From the NCBI GenBank assembly GCA_039683615.1, contig JBDKRA010000045.1, forward strand, positions 133,704 to 197,703: DNA of 64,000 bases, written 5' to 3'. Source of the DNA: Phycisphaerae bacterium (GTDB taxonomy: Bacteria; Planctomycetota; Phycisphaerae; SM23-33). Each line of letters starts with the position of its first letter. The stretch's first letter is position 1. Positions 19,067 to 26,986 of the stretch are shown here, in pieces. The notes under the pieces are model-generated. The model was not told where the DNA came from, searched no databases, and saw nothing but the letters and a program-made list of their open reading frames with translations. Made by a program: the position numbers and the translations under genes.

Positions 19067-20446
19067 ATGAGGAAGCATTACGATTCCGCCAGTCCGGTCC
19101 ATGCCTTCCTGGTCGCTAGAGTGACCAGGCCGACGATGCTGGGGATGTGCGTGTGCGTTTTGCTTGCGGCGGCGGGGTGCAGGGATGTCAAGACCGAGGA
19201 TCAACGGCAGGTGTTGACGGTGGCGTACCACTTGGGCGGCAGCGAGGGGCGGCAGAAGCACTGGGATGCGTGGAAGGCCCGGTTCGAGCAGGACAATCCG
19301 CTCTGGCGGCTGGAGATGGTTCCTGTCGCCCCTGGCACGGCGCGTGGATCGTACATCGCCGCGGGCAACGCAGACGCCCTGCCCGACGTGATGCAACTCT
19401 TTGACCTGACGGAGTGGCTGGCCGAGGAGGGCTATGTTCAGCCGCTGCCGGCGGCGTTCATCCCCCGAGGTCACACCCCTGGCGAGAAGGTCTACGGCGC
19501 AGGCGGTGGCGTGCGGCTTTGCGGGATTGCCGTCAACGCGTCTCTGGCGTCGGCGGCCGGCATCCAAGCCCCGCCCGAGAACTGGACGCAGTTTCTGGGC
19601 TGTCTTCGCAAAATGCAGCAGTACCTGGCCGAGAGCGGCCGAGGCGCCAAGGGCTGCCGAGCCCTGATCTGGGGGTCGGACTGGTCGGTCCGGCTGCCGA
19701 TGGAGATGGCCGTCTGCGCCGATCTGTACACGCGCGATGCGGCCACGCCTTCCTGGGCCGCGTTGCGCGGCGACAACAAGGCATCGTTCGCTGCCGACAA
19801 GACCGCCGAGACTATCGCCGGCAACCTCGTCGAGCTGGTCCGTGAGTTCGTGTCCGAGCAGAAGCCCCCTGCCCTGACGTACGAAAAGCAACGCGAATTG
19901 TTCTTTCAGGGCAAGGCCGCCTTCTGGTTTGCCGGCACGTGGATCGGTTCGGATATTGCGGCCTTTGGCGGCGATGTCGAAGTGGACTTCTGGCCGATGC
20001 CTTCGATGGTAGGCCGTACCGGTACGTTTGTGGCCGCCGCTCGCGACGGCGGGTGGGGCCTGGCCCGCGGTCTCGATGGCGAGCGCCAGAAGACGGCGGT
20101 CAAGGCGCTCGAGGCGCTGCTGTCGATGGATGTGTACCAAGCCTATCTCGACGCCGAAGGGTGCATTGGCCAGACGTTCAATGCATCGGCGCGCATCCCC
20201 AGCACGGCCGGACGGACGGGGATATTCTATGAAAACGTGCGCCGCCGTTTCGCCATCTGCGGGGCGGCGGCAGGGTTGCATGCGTCGCAGCAGACGCCGC
20301 CAGGATTTGAAGGCGCGCTCGAACGCGCCTGCCACCGGATGATCGAGGATGCCCTGGCCAGAAGAGTGACCGACATTCCCGCCATGCTCACTCGACTGGA
20401 TGAAGCGTGGGATAAGGGGGAATCGCAGGCAGAGGAAGGACCGTAG
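19067..20446 (+). CDS. ABC transporter extracellular solute-binding protein (carbohydrate family), lipoprotein
   Basis: Lipobox LLAAAGC. SBP_bac_1-like length and composition (WFAGTWIG, FWPMPS). Alternative start 19136. Confidence 0.6.
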   Translation: MRKHYDSASPVHAFLVARVTRPTMLGMCVCVLLAAAGCRDVKTEDQRQVLTVAYHLGGSEGRQKHWDAWKARFEQDNPLWRLEMVPVAPGTARGSYIAAGNADALPDVMQLFDLTEWLAEEGYVQPLPAAFIPRGHTPGEKVYGAGGGVRLCGIAVNASLASAAGIQAPPENWTQFLGCLRKMQQYLAESGRGAKGCRALIWGSDWSVRLPMEMAVCADLYTRDAATPSWAALRGDNKASFAADKTAETIAGNLVELVREFVSEQKPPALTYEKQRELFFQGKAAFWFAGTWIGSDIAAFGGDVEVDFWPMPSMVGRTGTFVAAARDGGWGLARGLDGERQKTAVKALEALLSMDVYQAYLDAEGCIGQTFNASARIPSTAGRTGIFYENVRRRFAICGAAAGLHASQQTPPGFEGALERACHRMIEDALARRVTDIPAMLTRLDEAWDKGESQAEEGP

Positions 20447-20453
20447 AAACGGT

Positions 20454-20520
20454 AACCAGTAGCCTGTTGGGAATCGGCAATGTTCTTCCCGGCTACTGGC
20501 TACCGGCTACCGGCTACTTC
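20454..20520. repeat. GGCTACC/GGCTACT heptad-based inverted repeat overlapping a stop codon
   Basis: aaccagtagcc ... ggctactggctaccggctaccggctacttc. The stop of the 20500..21387 gene (complement of 20500-20502) lies inside. Confidence 0.65.
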
Positions 20521-21387
20521 TTCACCAATGGCAGCAAGCTGCTCAAGATAGACCGGGTCGATCAGTCCATTCGTCAGCGGAGGAACGTCCCATGTTACGA
20601 TGCCGCCGCTGCGGAGGAGATTGGCGGTCAGATCGACAACGGTCTGCGTGTCGTATCGCGGGTTGTTGGGGCGCGACAGCGAGGGTCCCCAGTTGAATCC
20701 CAGGAATGAGAGCATGTGCCATTGCAGGTCTTTGTCCGCCCAGCGACCCTGGCATCGGGCCTCAGGCGGGTACGGAGTGTCGCCGGCAGTGTAGTTCTCG
20801 TAGATCGAGTTCCGCTGGAACCCGTGCGGTTTGTTGAACGCCAGCAGGGCCTCGGCGTTGCCGGCCCGGCACGCGCGGGCGATGCGGCCGTTGATCGCCT
20901 CGTTGCCCTCGTTGCCGTCGATCCACCATCCGCGCACGGACTTGCCCCAGCGCAGCGAGAGTTCCTCCATCGTGTCGGTCCACCACGTCGGGACGCGGGG
21001 TTCGTCGCCTTGGGGTTCCTTGACGGCCGCGGGCGTGCCGTACGTGACGTACGCCATCAGCGTCAGTCGCTTCTTGTCCAGCGCCTCGGCCACGTCGGCA
21101 AGCAGGTCTCGCCGCGTGCATGCGGGGCGCTCGACGCGGGCGAATCGCTCGAACACGACGCTAGGCCCATTCAGTGGCGGCCACTGGGCCACCGTCAGCA
21201 GCAGATAGCCCGCCCCCACGTCGGCAAGTTGCCCGGCCAGCGCGTCGGCGTCGAAGGTATCGACGATCTCGTTCCACTGCCGCGGCGAGGCAACATTCAT
21301 GTACCGGCTGCCCGAGACGTAGTGGAACATCACGCCCCAGGCGCTCTTGAAGAGCCAATCGGTCTGATGCGAAGCGTTGTCGGTCAT
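20500..21387 (-). CDS. putative glycoside-hydrolase-like TIM-barrel protein (DUF4434-like)
   Basis: 295 aa. WWIDGNEGNE and a W/Y-rich composition. GGGAG 9 nt upstream of the ATG. Function assignment is weak. Confidence 0.4.
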   Translation of the reverse strand: MTDNASHQTDWLFKSAWGVMFHYVSGSRYMNVASPRQWNEIVDTFDADALAGQLADVGAGYLLLTVAQWPPLNGPSVVFERFARVERPACTRRDLLADVAEALDKKRLTLMAYVTYGTPAAVKEPQGDEPRVPTWWTDTMEELSLRWGKSVRGWWIDGNEGNEAINGRIARACRAGNAEALLAFNKPHGFQRNSIYENYTAGDTPYPPEARCQGRWADKDLQWHMLSFLGFNWGPSLSRPNNPRYDTQTVVDLTANLLRSGGIVTWDVPPLTNGLIDPVYLEQLAAIGEEVAGSR

Positions 21388-21455
21388 CGCGCATGCTCCC
21401 GCGGGTAAACGTCAGGGGGGTGCATATAATACCACGCGTTCTCCTGCTTTCTGAA

Positions 21456-21563
21456 GAGAACACGAATGACACGAATATAAGCGAATGGGGTCTAAGAAAG
21501 AGGACACTGCAAAGGCCTTTCCCTGTTTCCATTCGCCTCATTCGTGACATTCGTGTTCTCCCC
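21456..21563. repeat. 35-bp inverted-repeat pair of a CACGAATG-type element separated by a 38-bp spacer
   Basis: Forward copy 21456-21490, gagaacacgaatgacacgaatataagcgaatgggg. Reverse copy 21529-21563, ccattcgcctcattcgtgacattcgtgttctcccc. Confidence 0.8.
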
Positions 21564-21600
21564 GGCGGCGAGAAACGCTTCAAGGAATTACGGCAAAGGC

Positions 21601-23064
21601 ATGACACAAACACGCACCATTCGTTTCATTGAACCGATGACGCGGCCGGGGCGCCCTTACAACGCCTGGATCCAGCGCTGGCCGCTGCTGGGCCCGGTGA
21701 CGCTGGCGACGGTCCTCCACGCCAAAGGCTTTGACGCGGGAATCTGCAACGAGAACGTATCGGGCCCTGTCGAGCAGAATGCCCCAGCCTGGGCCGACAT
21801 CCGCAGCGCCGACGTGGTGGGCATCAGCATCATGACGCCCACCGCCAGCCGCGGGTACGCCATCGCCGACCGTCTGCGGGCCGAGGGCTGCCGCGCCACC
21901 ATCGTCCTGGGCGGCGTGCATGCGACGTTCATGTCAACCGAGGCCGCCGCCCACAGCGACGTGGTCGTCCAGGGCGAGGGAGAAAACGTGATCGAGGCCA
22001 TCGCTCGCGGCGACATCACGCACGGCATCGTTCCCTCGACGCCGGTGGCGGACCTGGATTCCATTCCGCCGCTGAACTACTTCCTGATGCACGACTTCGA
22101 GAAGCTCATCGCCACGCAGCGCCGTCGCGAGTTGTACGAACTGCCGATGGCCACGTCGCGCGGCTGTCCGTACGGCTGCACGTATTGCAGCGTGACGCGC
22201 ATGTTCGGGCGTAAAGTCCGGCGCCAGAGCGTCGACAAGGTGATCTCGGACCTGCGACACCATATCGCCCAGGGGTTTGAACGCGTGTTCTTTTACGACG
22301 ACAACTTCCTGGCCGACCGGGCCTGGGCGAGGGAGGTGCTGGAGCGCATGCGCCCGCTGAAGATGCGGTTCAACCTGCAAGGGCGCGTAGACTTTCACTG
22401 GACCAGCCCCGCCCGCAGCGAGCACGACCTGCCGCTGCTGCGGGCCATCCGCCGTGCCGGGCCCAACGTCATCTACGTCGGCTACGAGACCATCGATGAT
22501 GCCACCGCCAAGGCCTGGAACAAGGGCTACCGCGGCAACCGCCCGCTGGCGCAGCGACTGGCCGAGGACACGCGCGCCCTGCACGAGGCGGGGCTGTGGA
22601 TTCACGGCATGTTCGTGCTGGGCCCCCAGCACACGCAGCAGACAGCCGACGGGATCGTGCAATTCGCCCGCAGCCAGCAGATCGAGACCCTTCAGATCAC
22701 GATCCTGACGCCGTTTCCAGGAACGCCGCTACTGGGGCAGATGGCGCCCAACCTGATCGTGCAGGACTTTCCGCGCGACTGGGATTACTTCGACGGAGCG
22801 CACTGCGTATTCGGCAACAGCCGCATGGGCTTCGAGCGAATGCAGCAAGCGGTGTTCGAGGCGCACTGCCGCTTCTACCGCCTGGGCGGCTGGAGCGTGC
22901 GGCGCATCCGGGCGCTGCTGGAAGAACCGCTGAGCCTGCGCGACAAAGTGGCACGCCTCTGGGGCAACGCAAAGATCGCTCGCCCGACGCTGGCCAACTG
23001 GAAGACGGAGATCGCGGCCTACGTCGACTACGTTCGTGCCAAAACGAATCTGGCCAATCTGTGA
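21601..23064 (+). CDS. cobalamin-binding (class B) radical SAM protein
   Basis: N-terminal Rossmann-like B12-binding region (ADVVGISIMTPT...ATIVLGGVHAT). Radical-SAM cluster motif SRGCPYGCTYCSV (CxxxCxxC). 487 aa. AAGG lies before the ATG at 21601. The track ORF starts earlier inside a repeat. Confidence 0.75.
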   Translation: MTQTRTIRFIEPMTRPGRPYNAWIQRWPLLGPVTLATVLHAKGFDAGICNENVSGPVEQNAPAWADIRSADVVGISIMTPTASRGYAIADRLRAEGCRATIVLGGVHATFMSTEAAAHSDVVVQGEGENVIEAIARGDITHGIVPSTPVADLDSIPPLNYFLMHDFEKLIATQRRRELYELPMATSRGCPYGCTYCSVTRMFGRKVRRQSVDKVISDLRHHIAQGFERVFFYDDNFLADRAWAREVLERMRPLKMRFNLQGRVDFHWTSPARSEHDLPLLRAIRRAGPNVIYVGYETIDDATAKAWNKGYRGNRPLAQRLAEDTRALHEAGLWIHGMFVLGPQHTQQTADGIVQFARSQQIETLQITILTPFPGTPLLGQMAPNLIVQDFPRDWDYFDGAHCVFGNSRMGFERMQQAVFEAHCRFYRLGGWSVRRIRALLEEPLSLRDKVARLWGNAKIARPTLANWKTEIAAYVDYVRAKTNLANL

Positions 23065-23096
23065 ACCGACCGGGCCAGGGAAAAGGAATGAGTTAA

Positions 23097-24490
23097 TGTC
23101 AGCGTCCATCAAGAGCGCATACCGTGAGAACCTGTCCGGGTTGGCGTTTCGCGCTGGCGTCAAGGCCGCCGACCTGGCCATCCAAGTCCCCATGCTGCGG
23201 GGGTTCCTGATCGATCGGCTGCTGGAACGCCTGGGGAGGACCTACGACCAGTGCGAAAGCGATCCAAACATCCTGGAGCACGTCAAGTGGTTCGGCCGCC
23301 ACCTCGAAACGTTCCTGCGGCGGTTGCTGAACGAACGCCCCTCGGCCGCCCGGGCCATCCTGCGCTTCCTGGCGACGTGGGCGACGGACCTGCGCCGCCG
23401 CACCGATCGCAGCGATGTCGGGCGCGTCGCGCCGTGCACGGTGGTGATCGAGCCGACCGACCGCTGCAATCTGTCGTGCCCGGGCTGTTACGCCAAGAGC
23501 ACCGCCGACGGCGCCGACCTCACCTACGAGCAATTGTGCGGGATCGTCGAACAGGTGATCGAGATGGGCGTCACGCTGTTCACCGTCTCCGGTGGCGAGC
23601 CTTTTCTGCGAGAAACAACCGAGCGGGTGCTCACGCGGCTGGCGTTGCGCCACCCGGACCGGGGGTTTCTGACGTACACCAACGGCACGATGATCGACGA
23701 GGACATCGCCGACCGCCTGGCGGCCGTGGGCAACATCTTTCCCGCCATCAGCGTCGAGGGCTTCGAGCACCAGACCAACCGGCGTCGCGGCAGAGGCGTG
23801 TATGAGCAGAACCGCCGCGTGCGCCAGATGCTCTCCGACCGCGGGGTCATGTGCGGGTTCTCGGCCACCATGACACGCGAGAACGCCGAATCGATCTGCA
23901 CCGACGAGTTCATCGAGCTGCGAATCGCCGAGGGGGACATGTTCGGATGGTTCTTCCTGCTCCAGCCCATCGGGCGGGCGCCCCGGGCGGACCTGATGGT
24001 GACCGCCGATCAGCGGGCGCTGATGCGCGAGACGATCTACCGCTGGCGCCGCGAAGACCGTCCCATCTTCCTGGGCGACTTCTGGAACGACGGCCACCTC
24101 AGTGGCGGGTGCATCGGCGCGCGGCTGTACTTCCATATCTACGCCAATGGCGATATCAGCCCCTGCGTGTTCGCCCCCATCGCCGGCGAGAACATCTTCG
24201 ATATCATCGCCGGTCGCAGCCAATTCAAGAGCCTCGACGACTACGTGCAGAACAGCCCGCTGTTCAAGGCGTACCGTCATGAACAGGCCGGCGTGACCGA
24301 TCGAAACCGCCCCTGCATGTTGATCGATAATCCGCAGGCGTTCCAGCGCATCCGCTGCACCGAGAACTGCCGCGCGGGCAAGAACTTCCCGCCGGGCTAC
24401 GCCGACGGCGAAATCGCCGAAACGATCAAACAGGTTGCGCAGCAGTGGCAGGAGAAATGCACGCAGCTACCACCCGTGATACAAAAGTAG
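23097..24490 (+). CDS. radical SAM/SPASM-domain maturase with N-terminal (RRE-like) extension, sactisynthase-like architecture
   Basis: CxxxCxxC (EPTDRCNLSCPGCY) lies at residues 124-131, after a roughly 120-aa helical N-terminal domain. The C-terminus is Cys-rich (GGCIGARLY...SPCVF...RPCMLIDNP...IRCTENCRAG), typical of a SPASM twitch/auxiliary-cluster domain. AAGGAA 9 nt upstream. A 32-nt gap after the upstream rSAM gene indicates an operon. Confidence 0.75.
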
Positions 24491-24499
24491 ACCGGGTGG

Positions 24500-24529
24500 C
24501 ATGGCGACACGCGCAGCGGGTCGCCATGG
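24500..24529 (+). terminator. 9-bp perfect hairpin immediately after the SPASM gene stop (terminator-like, no U-tract)
   Basis: CATGGCGAC-acgcgcagcggg-GTCGCCATG, 10 nt after the TAG at 24488-24490. Resembles the CATGGSCG palindrome family. Confidence 0.4.
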
Positions 24530-24553
24530 GGGACGGGGCCGGGGAGAGCGGGA

Positions 24554-24916
24554 TTACGCGGATTGGGAAAAGATTAAGAGGATTGGGAAAGAGAATAAGA
24601 ATACAGGGAACGGCTGAGGGTGCCGTGGCGGGTAGCTCCGAAGGAGCGGACAGCCACGATCCCTGAACGCGCACTTCTTGAGTCCGTCGTGGCTGTCGTC
24701 CTTCGGACTCCCGCCACGGCACCCGTTGCCAGGCACGCACCAAGGCGACCCGCTAAGCGTGCCGACCATGATGACGTCGGCGGAATCGACCACAATCGGC
24801 TGGCGGAAGCCGAACTCGCGGAGTGAATTGGCCACGGCCTCGACCGCCTTGTCATTGCGCCGCGGGTTCTTGTCGTAGGGCTTGATCTTGTCGATGTTCC
24901 ATTGTTTAATTTTCAC
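24554..24916 (-). pseudogene. ParB/Srx-like N-terminal nuclease-domain fragment (probably truncated)
   Basis: GTG start with a perfect GGAGG 8 nt upstream. First about 55 aa, KIKQWNIDKIKPYDKNPRRNDKAVEAVANSLREFGFRQPIVVD, fit the ParBc N-terminal consensus. The rest is translated from a long inverted repeat and has no recognisable homology. Confidence 0.25.
24618..24724. repeat. long imperfect inverted repeat (about 35 paired bp, 27-nt loop)
   Basis: gggtgccgtggcggg[tagc]tccgaagga[gcg]gacagccacga ... tcgtggctgtcgtccttcggactcccgccacggcaccc. Confidence 0.8.
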
Positions 24917-24928
24917 GGAGATACCTCC

Positions 24929-25171
24929 ATGCAGTTCTGGTCTGCGATAAAGAAATTGGTTATGGCCAAACGGCCAAACAAGTGCCCCAATTGTGATTCG
25001 ACGCGGGTGGCACGCATTTTGTATGGGCTTCCGATCTTCGGTAAGAAGCTTAAACGTGATCTCGAAGCCGGAAAGGCTGTCCTTGGTGGATGCTGTATCA
25101 CCGGCGATGATCCTGAATGGCAATGCACAGCCTGCGGGCACAAGTGGGGACATTTCAGGCTTACTTGGTGA
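24929..25171 (+). CDS. 80-aa Cys-rich zinc-ribbon-like small protein, atypical low-GC codon usage
   Basis: GGAG 8 nt upstream of the ATG. MQFWSAIKKLVMAKRPNKCPNCDS...GGCCITGDDPEWQCTACGHKW gives CxxC...CxxC plus a CC pair. A/T-rich third positions contrast with neighbouring genes. Confidence 0.45.
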   Translation: MQFWSAIKKLVMAKRPNKCPNCDSTRVARILYGLPIFGKKLKRDLEAGKAVLGGCCITGDDPEWQCTACGHKWGHFRLTW

Positions 25172-26642
25172 GGACTTCCAGTAGCGTCAGGTCGGGTTCT
25201 TTGTCCGGATTCCCCAAAGCGCCGAAGGCATTTCGCACAATGCGGCGCTGGGCGTCGAACCAGTCGGCGTACTCGGTGCAGGGAGCAAAGGTGTCGCCGC
25301 GCTGGGCGAGCAGGCGCTGGAGCTGCGATTCCAGGTCGCGCCGCAGGTCCCTGGCGGCAGGAGCGTCAGCGAGGTTATTCATCTCAAGCGGGTCGGCCTG
25401 AAGATCGTACAGCACCGCGCGGCCATCGAGCCACCGGGCGTAGGAGTGGCGCCGCGTGCGCACGCCGCGCCATTCGTTGCCGCTGGTGAGGTACCCCGGC
25501 CAACCGGCGATGTAGTTCATCGTCAGCAGCGCCTCTTGCCGCGCCGCGCCCGGCCGCGCGAGCCACGTATCGGAAAGATCCATGCCCTCGACCGTGCGCG
25601 GGACCTTCACGCCGCACAGGCCGCAGAGGGTCGGGAAGAAATCCACCGGCGCTGTCAGGGCATCGCACTGCGCCGCGGCCGCGATGCGCCCGGGCCAGCG
25701 GGCGATCAACGGCACGTGAATGCTCTCTTGCCACGGGAGCATCTTCTCCCACGCGGCCTGTGCGGGGTTTCGCTCGGGCGGGGGGAGCTTGCTGAACCAA
25801 GGCTCATCGGCGTGGGCGCCCATCATGGTGCCGTGGTCGCTGGTGAAGACCACGATGGTGTTCTCCGCCAGGCCGCTGCGGTCGAGGTCGGCCATCAGGC
25901 GACCCATCATGTCATCCAGCGCCAAGGTCATCGCCAGGTAATGGCGGTATTGGGGGATCAACGCTTCAGTCGCGCCGGCTGAGACGTTGGCCGGCAGGGC
26001 CAGATGCCTGGGCAGGCGGGCGTAATACTCGTCGGGCGCGAACTTGCCGTACGTCCAGTGCGGCTGATGCGGCGAGACGAACAGGCAGAACGGTCTGCCC
26101 TGAGCGCAGTCGAAGGAGCGGTCTTCGGCACTGATGAACTGCTCGGCGTAGCCCGCCAGGCCGTCGGTCTCGTAGCCTTTCCACGGCTCGACGTGCCAGT
26201 CCTTCAGGTGCACGAAGCCGTCGAAGTATTCCATGTGGCAGTTGTACGCCCGCCAGTAATCAAAGCCGAGCCGGTCACGCCCCTCGGGCACGTAGTCGGG
26301 CCCGTGGCCGCTGAAGAATCCATCGTTGTGCAGGTGCCATTTGCCCACCCATCCGGTGCGGTATCCCGCGTGGGCGAAGGCGTCGGCGATGCTGATCTCG
26401 TCGTGCCGCGTGCGGACGTGGTTGAGCAGGTGCCCGGTCGTCTGCGGATGACGGCCGGTGACGAGCATCGAGCGGTACGGCGTGCAGACGGGGTAGGTCG
26501 AAATCGTGTTGGAGAAGGTCGTGCCTTGCGCGGCCAGCCGGTCCAGATGAGGCGTGGCGATCTGGTTGTTGCCGTACAGCGGCAGCGAGGCCGCGCGGAG
26601 CTGGTCGGCCAGCACGAACAGGATGTTCGGTCGTTGGGGCAT
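25161..26642 (-). CDS. Cys-type sulfatase
   Basis: MPQRPNILFVLADQLR, sulfatase signature CTPYRSMLVTGRHP, GKWHLH. ATG at 26642; the track ORF is over-extended to 26969. No signal peptide. Confidence 0.75.
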   Translation of the reverse strand: MPQRPNILFVLADQLRAASLPLYGNNQIATPHLDRLAAQGTTFSNTISTYPVCTPYRSMLVTGRHPQTTGHLLNHVRTRHDEISIADAFAHAGYRTGWVGKWHLHNDGFFSGHGPDYVPEGRDRLGFDYWRAYNCHMEYFDGFVHLKDWHVEPWKGYETDGLAGYAEQFISAEDRSFDCAQGRPFCLFVSPHQPHWTYGKFAPDEYYARLPRHLALPANVSAGATEALIPQYRHYLAMTLALDDMMGRLMADLDRSGLAENTIVVFTSDHGTMMGAHADEPWFSKLPPPERNPAQAAWEKMLPWQESIHVPLIARWPGRIAAAAQCDALTAPVDFFPTLCGLCGVKVPRTVEGMDLSDTWLARPGAARQEALLTMNYIAGWPGYLTSGNEWRGVRTRRHSYARWLDGRAVLYDLQADPLEMNNLADAPAARDLRRDLESQLQRLLAQRGDTFAPCTEYADWFDAQRRIVRNAFGALGNPDKEPDLTLLEVLTK

Positions 26643-26986
26643 GTTTCCAGTAACGGTTTTACTCACGCAGCAGCGGCGATTCCAGCAATTTAGGCACAAC
26701 CGGCGAAAGAAGATTGCAGATTTCCAAATGCGCGGTAGCATAAGGCCGCCGCGTTGAAACAGTTCGCCTGTGAGGTTTTGCCAGACGCGTTTCAGATCGA
26801 GCGTTTGCCGGCTTGCCAAGATGACAGCCACTGCCCCTCCGGTGCGTTTGACATGCCGCCGGAGGGAACGAATAGATCGCCGGTCGTTCTCCAAGGAAAG
26901 CGACCGGCGGTCTTTTTGTACCACAGGCAATCTTGCCGCCGGGCAACTGCGGATGTATAACCCCAACACCTCAACAGGAGTCCCCC

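Noticed and set aside
21388-21600. Cobalamin riboswitch upstream of the B12 radical-SAM gene
   Set aside because: The region is fully accounted for by the inverted repeat pair. No B12-box-like conserved core was seen.
24445-24666. 73-aa Gly/Ala-rich ORF overlapping the 3' end of the SPASM gene as a candidate precursor peptide
   Set aside because: No Cys or other typical core residues, no SD, and it is out of frame inside the maturase gene. It is mostly translated from direct repeats.
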